A DNA stretch of 64,000 bases, from assembly GCF_009914755.1 (NCBI RefSeq), contig NC_060930.1; one strand, 5' to 3'. The position numbers and the translations under genes are program-made. How positions within the stretch are numbered: the first letter of the stretch is position 1; the number at the start of each line of letters is the position of its first letter. This DNA comes from the human T2T-CHM13v2.0 reference genome, Homo sapiens. The notes under the pieces were generated by a model. The model saw nothing but the letters and a program-made list of their open reading frames with translations. It was not told the origin of the DNA and searched no databases. Positions 55,041-64,000 of this stretch are shown here, piece by piece.

Positions 55041-55129
55041 TTCAAGTTACACTCTAGCATAGTCCAGCCCAATAGAAATATAATGTAAGTCCCCGCCTTG
55101 GCCTGGGCTGTGCTAGAACATAACTCATA

Positions 55130-55790
55130 CAGGAAGATGTGGTAGGAGTTGACGGTTCAGAGAGTGGCAGAAATTAGGGCATGGAAAGTCTTGGGTGCTG
55201 TTCTCTAAGCAGATTCAGAATAAGGTGTTTAAACTGGTGAATTTTAAATATGAGAGTCATGAGGTCATGTTTGCATTTTACTTAGCTCTAGGCTGTGTGG
55301 GTGATGGTGCACCAGGCTCCACAGCAGAGGCTGGGGTACTGGTTGGAAGGCTGTTGTTGCTGCATCCAGGGAGAAAATATGAGGGGTTGCATAAGGGCAG
55401 TGGCTATAACTGTGGTGATCAGGATTTGGAGTTTGGAGCAAGTAGTCAAACGTGACTCTTGGATTCCTGTTTTGGGTGACAGGTGGGCAGTTGTGTCACA
55501 AAACTGAGATTTTGAATTTCAGAGAAGTAGACTATGTATTGGGAAGAATAAAGAGAGAGTTCCATTTTGGAAATGTTGATATAACTTGGATGTAGCATAT
55601 TCAAAAGAAGTTACTGTAGATGAATGAAGTTTTGGAAGGATGTCAGAGCTAGAGAAATATGTCTGGAAGTGATCAGGTGGTGGCTAAAACAGTGAAATTC
55701 TATGAGAATATAGAGTGAGAAGTATAGGAAGCAGAAATAGTTGCTGGAAGAACATTGACTTTTAAGAAAGGACCAGAGGAAAATATATGA
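55130..55790 (-). mobile_element. L2 internal fragment, antisense
   Basis: 'gagagttccattttggaaatgttga..gagaaatatgtctggaagtgatcag..aacattgacttttaag'. Confidence 0.5.
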
Positions 55791-56439
55791 ATATATATGA
55801 CTGTGAGTGATCACATATATTTAAAAACCCATCATTGATTCCATCAAGGGTCACTAATTTTTATTATAATTAATGTTGAAAGTATAGTGTTTCTATTATT
55901 AGTAATGTGAGTGTTGGCATCATGCAAGAAATACATTTTTTTCATAATTACTTCATAATTTTAAATAATTATATAACATTTGTAACTAATAATTCCTAAT
56001 GAAATTGATTTCTGCTTTTGTTAATATTAGCAGCAAAACTAATTCCTTATGAAATCTAAGAATTTCTGAGGCAAACAGAAGCTTTGTAGTGGTTACAGTA
56101 GCAGCACTTGCAATTTTGTTGAATGTTTAGAAGATTTTCAAATTAGTGTGAACTGATGTAATACTTGAGGTTTTAAGGAGCCATTTTGCACAAAATAGGT
56201 GATAATTTTGTGGTAAAATTTTACCTCTAAAATATTGATATAATACTTGATATGGTGTATAACATACAGAATTCTAGATAGAATGCAAAATTGTGGTTGG
56301 AAAATTTTCCCAAAAGCTCTGAAAGGATGGTGACCAGGCTCTAACCCTGAGTATATGAGCTGTGGTTTGTCTGTGCAAACCCAAAGGAAGGGTGTTGTTT
56401 CCCATGTCAGAACAGAAACTTGCTGTAAGATAGATTGGC

Positions 56440-56720
56440 TTTAGAAGGCAGCTTTGGCATCAGAGGCTAGGGGCTCTTGTCAATGTCAGTGAAAATAATT
56501 TAATAGAATGGTGTGATAGAAGCCAGATCACAGCTATATTTAGTTGCATTGAGGAGTAAATGAGAGTTGAGGAAGTGGAAACCATGAATGTAGATTACTC
56601 TTTCAAGAAGCTTGTCCAGAAACCAAGAAGTAAAAGTATGCTAGAAGGGGTACCAGTCAAGGGGGGTTTTTTTGTGATAGGAGGGTTTTAAACATGTTGA
56701 TTGGTTGAAGAAAGAGGTCA
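56440..56720 (-). mobile_element. L2 internal fragment, antisense
   Basis: 'gaagccagat..gagagttgaggaagtggaaacca..gtagattactctttcaagaagctt'. Confidence 0.6.
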
Positions 56721-59239
56721 TGATTTTAGACAGACTGCTGAGTGAGGATTGAGTTAGAACAAAAATAAGGCTATTAATTTCTGTACTCCCAACAAGGCCA
56801 ACGAAGAAGATGTATCTAATAAAAGAGCAGTTCTGTATTCCAAGTATCCATTTTCTTAAACTACACTCTTAAAGGCAGTATGACTCTGAGTCCAGTCCCC
56901 TGTGCGATTAAAATAATAATAATAAAATAAAACAAGTATCTCCTTATGTCATCAAATTTATTTGTCTGGTTGTAGATACCATCATGATGTTGGTTCCATT
57001 GTGCCTCACTGGATGGCTTGCGGTGTGATCTTAATAACAAGCTATATTGAGAAAGTGGTTGATGAATCTATTCGTAATATTATTATGTTGCTTTGAATAG
57101 CCAAATTAGAAGAGAGAATTCAAGCTCAGAAGTTTTAGCAGTGACCTTTGATGACTTCCTTAAAATTCGACTTTGCTTCATGTCAAATAGACTGGGGTCT
57201 CCCTGCTGAACAGTTCTGACCAGTTCCCCACAATGCTGTGCTCTTAGCACTTTTTCAGGGGAGGTGGACAATAGTACCCTCTCTTGGCCTGGAACTAAGG
57301 AGGAACCTGCCGCACCCTAGGGTGAGCAAAACCTGAGGATCATAAGTTTAGTTCAAAGATTGAGTTTGAACTGAATTTGGGTTCATGTGGGGTTGATTTT
57401 TTTAAATTTAATAATGTTATTATTTCTAGGTTCCTGAGGCCCCCATGTGGGCATTTAAAAAGAGGCTGTAATTACACCTGGTGACGAGATAATCACAACT
57501 TCCCACTGGAGTCTCACTCTTGCTGGGAATAGCCACATGTAGTTCAGAGCTGTCCAGTTAGGAAAGTGCTTGTGTCTTGCTTTCTTAGACTTGCATAGTT
57601 ATTTCTTTATATTTGGCAGTGTGTGAACAAAGTGACCTGTCCTGTTACAGGAGATACTCTAAAAATTCTTATTAAGAAAAACTTCAAACATTGCACAAAA
57701 TATAGAGAATAATATAAGAAATACCCTGTTCACATCACCAGCTTAAGAAAGAAGACATTATAGATACAAATGAAGCCTGTTGTCTACCCTCCTTCCTCTG
57801 TCATCAGCGCATGGAAGTCTTGTTTGACTACCTTTTTGCCAATGTTTTTCATTGTCAAACTGACACATTTGCCAATCTGATGAGTGAAAAATGATGAAGC
57901 CATATTTTTCAAATTATCCTTGGAGTTCCTGAGAAAAATAACACATGAAGGACACATTCTCAAAGAAATATAGCCCCAAAAGGAAGTAAAATATTGATTA
58001 AAAATCATGATAAATTCATTAAAATTGAAAATCAGAGAATATTGACATGTATGTGTGTTAGTGAATCAGAATATTTTTAATGTCCTGTTGGATTTCAATT
58101 GGTTGCTGAAATGATGGATTTGGATGCTACCCCCAAAAGAATCAGGGTAGGCTTCTTTTGACAGGTGTTGTTTAACAACAAGAGTGATAGTCTTGTTCCT
58201 GCCTCTTTCCTGATAAAATCGCACTACAGATGAGCTCTGGTTCTTAGAAGCTTTTTTGCACACTTGTAGGAGTTCTTAGAAATCCTTCGTTTCCCTTTTA
58301 AATTATTTTTTTTATTTATATTTTGTTTCTCTTTTTTAACTTTCAAAGAACACATTTCTGAAAGAATTGAATCCTAGGGCCTTGAAGAAGATCCTGATGA
58401 TTTCTTTTGAGGTTTTATGTAAGATTTAGGTTTTGGTGCTGCCAGGCAGTGGGAAATTCTGTACTGACATTTGATAACATTCAGTATTCAGAATACCAGT
58501 TGGCAGTTGACACTCAAATTGAGAAGCTGTGTTCAATATATGATATTTGTCTTTTTCTACTAAGAAAAAAAAAAAAAAAGATGAGGATAGCCCCTAAAGC
58601 TGCTGGACTGTGAATGTATAAAGGGAAAGGCAGGGGCTCTTTATTTCCTGTTGTGTCCCCATACGGGTGCAGTGTTGATGCGTACATAGATAGCACTCAC
58701 TAAATAGCTGTCAGATGAATGCACACCAGAGTTACCTCTGTTTTCTTCCTGTAATAGAAAGCCACTGCTTGAACAAAGAATTATAAAGCCGGGAAAGCTC
58801 TTCTGGCCAAGACCCAAGACTCTAGCTATGCAGGAAACTAACTAAAATTTGGATACAGGCAAGACTGTATATGATTGTCAGTCTTAATTATAGGGACTTG
58901 CAGAACTCATGGTGATACGACCTCCCTGGGTAACCTGTTTCAGTGTGTAGGTCCTCAGACATTCAAGGATTTTCTTTTTTCATGTTTTAACCAGTCTTGC
59001 TTATTGAACCTTTGCACTGTTGAAGAACATTATCTTCTTTATAACTGTTTATAAGTGGTCGAGTCTCTGCAAAGCTCCTCCTCTAGAGCTTAAGTGAAAA
59101 GTATATAATTAGTGAGCAAAATTATTTTTATAGGACAAGGATAAAATGTCATTGACCTTAAGAGTTTGGTCCCATTCAGAGGTTATGTAACTCTTTGGTG
59201 ACTCCAGATTCCTCTTGTGTACCAGAATGTTAGGGCTGA

Positions 59240-59570
59240 TTAATAGTCAGGATAGTCTAGGCCGCTTCTGTGCTAACAGATAAACCCCTTGAAATTTAAG
59301 TGACTTAATTCATTGACACTTTATTTCTCAGTCAGAGAGAGACCAGTGTGGAGTCCACCATGCACAGTCATAAGCTCTGGAGCATATGACCACCAAGGCC
59401 CTCACAGCAAGGGAAGGGAGAGCTGCAGGGTCTCCCAAGCCCAGACCTGGAAGGGGCTCACAGTCTGTCTATCTGTCTGCTTAGATGCCACTAGCAAGAG
59501 GAAGGTCATGTGGCCCCAGTCTGTCTGCAAGGGGGTTAGGCCATGCAGCTTCCTCTGTGACCAGGGAGAG
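59240..59570 (-). mobile_element. MLT1I-like MaLR LTR, antisense
   Basis: 'tagtcaggatagtctaggccgcttctgtgctaacagataaacccc..aagtgacttaa..ggtcatgtggcccca..ctgcaaggggg'. Confidence 0.6.
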
Positions 59571-61764
59571 GAGAATGTGGTTTTCATACAGCATCTTCTC
59601 TCATGTAGGTCATTCTTACTGGCCCAGATGTGACTTGACAAAGTTTGTTGATGAAAGGGACAGCCTGCATCATTGTTCCACAGATGAACTATACCAATTT
59701 GGTTTGCCCCATTAGCACATTTTGTTATAGAAGTTTCATGTGCTCGGACCAGCGGAAGTATGTTTTTGGCTTTGCCAACCAATATCTTATTTTTATCCAT
59801 CGCTATTCCAATGTCCTTTTAAGTTCCTCCTCCATCTGTTTTCTTTCTTATATTCCGTAGCCATGGCTAAAAGATGCATTGGATTTGCTTGGGAAGAGTG
59901 GCCATTTTCTTGACTAACTGGATGAATTTTCTGGCAAGATTTAACATTGGAAAGAAAGGAATAAAAATAGAGAAATTGGACCTATTTAACCCACATTTAT
60001 CTCTTTCATTTTTCTTTCTTCATTATTTCTACTTAGTTTAACATGATGTGCTACTCTAATTTGAGCCAGGAATAAAGTATTTACATATTTCAAGTATTTG
60101 TTAGCTAGAGGCATAAGGAGACAAGGCCAGATATGGGATCGAACGAAATAGAAAGGAGAAGAGAACTGAGTACAGACATTTGGGATGAAGGGAGGAGAGA
60201 AGGAAGGTTGAAGTAAAACATAGTGATAAGCATTGCATTCAATGAGCTGGACTCAGCGGAAGTAAACTTCTAGAATAGTTTTATTTTTTACATCCCACTG
60301 CCTTCACAGAGTTCTGCCAGAGTCTTCCTCATTCAGAGTGAAATTTCAAGGGATCTTGTAACTTTCCTCGTCATTTTCATGACCAGTCCAGTCTAATGGC
60401 AAAGCTTCCGTCTTCCGTCTAATTTAAAGCTTCTTTCCCTCCTTCAGCTCAGAACACCTGCACGGGCATAGAAGCTTGAGGTATGGTGGTGGTGAGCTGG
60501 GAAGGGTCAGGTAGGGAGAAGAGAAGTAGGGCAAGGACAACAGAGGGCTTTTTTGACTGGTAGAGTTGGAATCCACCAGCATGGGTGTGACCAGTATACA
60601 TATGCTATCTTTTTTTTTTTTTTTTCTCATGGGAGTGCTTTGGTGGATTTCTTGGAGATTCCCCATTAGTGACTTTGGATTGGAAGCCCGGGCATGGGCG
60701 ATGTCATATCTGGCTGGTGGTTGGGTCCCCGCTCAGGGTCTCTGTATTCAGTGGTATGCCTGTGGGCTCTTTCTGCTGCGGTCGGCTCAGCCGCTGCATC
60801 AGACCTTATGCATAGGGCACTTTTCATGGAGGCTCACAGACAGCTGCGGCGTGCTTGGGTGCCAATCTAGGCTACAGCAAACTCACAATTTTTCTACTGT
60901 TACCTAGCACACTTTCTGTGTGTGCCTGTGTGTGTGTTTTCTCAGCTGCACTGCTATAGCCTTTTCCATTTTGTCTTTACCCTTTAGGGTTTGTCAGGTA
61001 TGGATGATGGTTAGTCTCTAGGTCCCTCAAATCCAAGGAGACACATGCAAAGTTCTCCACGTGGCTTCCCAAATCCCCCTACTTCTTTGATGGGAGAGCC
61101 ACTGTTTCTTTTCCCTAGGAGTGAGGGAAAGGCAATTATCTAATGATAATTCTTCAAAGGGGTCATGTTTCCAAGAACATGATGAATTCTTAGTTTTTAC
61201 CAATACAGCATAAAGGAGAGTGATGAGAAGACTGGTCTCACTGTTTCACAGTCTGCCCAGCCTCTATTCTTTTTAGCCTTTGGAACCTCTACTGACAATA
61301 GATAATGAATGTACCACTTGACATTCTACTCCTATTCACATCTTTAGAGATAGCAGTGTTACCTATGGGAAGGAAATATTAAGGCGAGCAATCCATAAGA
61401 CACTAAAAGTAGTGAGACCCATAGGAGAGAGGGAACTTGGAAGAGGATGTGTGCTGGGTTTCAAGGATGAAGGGCATATGTGGGAAAGAGGAACTGTGAG
61501 GGCACTGAGTGCCTGACTACAGAGTGAGCTGGTCATGTAGAGGCCCTTGGTTTCCTGGGCAGAGGAAGCTACAGGGAATCCTAGAATCCCTAAGCAGAAT
61601 AAAAGCTACTGTGTGAACATGAGAGGATTTAGAGAAGATGTATTAACGTAGGATATGAGTGATTTGTTCACAGTGAAGATTCATAAGACAAATCCCAAGT
61701 TAAAAGCAGAGCATGTTCATTGCTACTTGACGTGTTGGCATCTACACAGAGCTGTCTGATGATA

Positions 61765-62010
61765 ATACTTACAAGTACCTTTGTAATCCTTCCTTTGCAC
61801 CAGGTCCTCTTCTGAGCCCTTTCCCTGTAATAACTGATTTAGGCCTTACAGTAGCTCTAGGAGGTAAGTACTGCCAATTATTCTTGCTTTACACATGGCG
61901 AAGTTGAATCAGAGAGAGATTCAATAACTTGTCCAAGATCACCAGCCAGTAAATGGTGTAGCCAGGATTAGTCTGGCTGCAGGGTCTGTGCTCTTAACTC
62001 GTCTACTCTT
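61765..62010 (-). mobile_element. MIR, antisense
   Basis: 'cagagagagattcaataacttgtccaagatcaccagccagtaaatggtgtagccaggat..ctgtgctcttaac'. Confidence 0.75.
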
Positions 62011-63788
62011 TCGATAGGTGAATAGTGTGTGATTAAGCTAACTGTATGGCTATGCTTATAGGACAGGAAGAGGCTGCAGCTTAGCTAGAGCCCAGTTTTC
62101 CTCTGAGAAGGAAAGCAAACCCTGGTGACTCTACAGTAGCTTTTTGTCACTGGCCTGAGACCACTGTGTTCTACTTTCTACTAAAGAGCTGGCATTGCTT
62201 CTTGGGGAAGCTCTGAGCAGGGAATGGCCAATAAATAGGCCTCTGTAGAATGCAAAAGGGTGGTGTTCCTTCTTTCCTCGGGCACTCGCTTTCCTCTGAA
62301 ATTCCTGGAAAAGAAATGGCTGCCGACGTACAGCCTCTGCTTCCCATCTCTGCCTGGCTTCTGCATTCTTCCCAGCAAGCAGAGCTCCCCCCATAAAAAA
62401 ACTGTTATTTTCTATGTTGATAGAAAGAAATCCATTTGGTGTATTTTTAATATTATTAGTGACTTATTGTTATGGTTAGATTATTATTCCATCCCTGGCT
62501 TTCCTGCTGTGGGAAATCAGTAGCTGGCATTTTGTAGCATTGCCGACTGTTGCATATTTCATAACACAGTGAATGAAGAGTGCCCCTTCAGGACTGTGTT
62601 GCGACATGATTCATGCATTTCCAGGTTTTATTGTAAGTAGTTGCACACAGCTGAGAGGCTCAGGCCCTGGAGAATTCCAGCGTGGCATTGACCACATGCC
62701 TCTAATCAACCTCTGATTACCGTAGCTTCATAAGGGATGTGCCCTCCAGTAGCAAACACTTTGTTAGAGTTAAGTCTTATAAAGAAAACTGTGTGAGTGT
62801 CAATGAGGGGAACAGAAACTAGTAGATTAAGATTTAAAAATAAGGAGGAAAAAGCAGTTCAAAGAGCTTGCCTAGGTTTTAGTTACTTGCCCTTAAGATA
62901 CTTGGGAATAGATTGGATCAAGATGTTTAACTTTCTCTCAGAAATTTTGTGTATTGATAATTAACTTGGCTTCAGCCAAGGAGTTATAGAGGCCACTGAA
63001 TTTTGTGTTTGGGCAAATATTAAAAGATGCCTTTTCTGTTGGTGTAGATAGTTGGTAAAATAGATGCTCTAACAGGAAGACTACAAATGTGCAACTCAAT
63101 AAATTTTACGCTACTGAAGCAAACTGAGGGAGAAAACAGACGTCTTTACAAGGTAACCCTATTGATTTGTTTTCTTTTTGGAAAGGTTGAAGAATATTTC
63201 TGCAGCAGTGAAACTACTCAATTAGTATCTATCCAATAAGATTCAATGATAATATTATCCAGTGTTTCCTGTATTGATACGTGAGATTGGTGCTCCAGAG
63301 CCACAGCTGAAGCACAAAAGTTAGAAGTTAGAGATGGGAGTTTCTCTCAAATTCCTCTCAGCGCTCAAGTGGAAGGAAAGAGTTGTCTCTCAGTTGCTTT
63401 TCCTTTGGGAGTGAGATGCAGTTTGATTTTCTAGTTTGTTTTTAAATGTCATCTTTTAATTATGTTTTGGATAATGATGAAGAGAGATGCAATTTGGTTA
63501 TGAGAATAAATCTTAAAAGGCTCAATGACTCCTTTATCTACTGCTTAAAACAACTCCCTCTAGTAAAAAGTATTTCATTAATTGTCATTACTTGGGAATT
63601 ATGGAATTAGAGCAGCTGATCCCTTTTATCATTCATATATTTAAGTGACAGTGGCATTACTTACTCTAAATTAAGTTCCTTTCCTGGTTAAAAAATTATA
63701 ACAGTGTGACAAGAAATAGAGCACTATTAACTTTTATTTTGGAAAGCAATTTTTCTAGTGGAGATATGAAAGCCACTATTATGCCTGG

Positions 63789-64000
63789 TTTCTTTTTTCT
63801 TTTTTCTTTCTTTCCTTTTTTGTTTTTTGAGATGGAGTTTCGCTCTTGTTGCCCAGTGGAGTGAAATGGCAGGATCTCGGATCACTGCAACCTCCACCTC
63901 CTAGGTTCAAGCAATTATCTCACCTCAGTCTCCCGAGTAACTGGGATTACAGGTGCCCACCCCTACACCCAGTTAATTTTTGTGTATTTAGTAGAGACAG
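63789..64000 (-). mobile_element. AluS (Sq/Sp-like), antisense, cut by the window end
   Basis: T-rich tail, then 'gagatggagtttcgctcttgttgcccag..taatttttgtgtatttagtagagacag'. Confidence 0.9.

Overview
This is primate, most likely human, non-coding genomic DNA rather than a prokaryotic locus. The evidence is about 15 Alu/FLAM/FRAM copies plus L1, L2, L3/CR1, MIR, MaLR/ERV LTR and Tigger/hAT relics. I found no credible protein-coding exon, RNA gene or CRISPR array; the ORF track consists of Alu-derived or random frames. A T-rich + strand and mostly antisense L1/LTR relics suggest a large intron of a + strand gene, which I cannot identify. I see no convincing previously undescribed biological system. 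The most notable items are: (1) a near full-length fossil hAT-Blackjack-type DNA transposon (~38.58-42.36 kb) with both termini and ordered transposase motifs, broken by later Alu and L1 insertions; (2) a 192-bp MER11 LTR 5' fragment flanked by an atypical 7-8 bp direct repeat; (3) a repeat-poor candidate regulatory block at 8.3-9.75 kb (CTCF, RFX, PBX/HOX/MEIS/HNF1-like motifs); (4) a CpG-rich patch near 47.5-47.9 kb; (5) inverted Alu pairs. Repeat family names come from recall of consensus sequences, and the boundaries of old elements are approximate.
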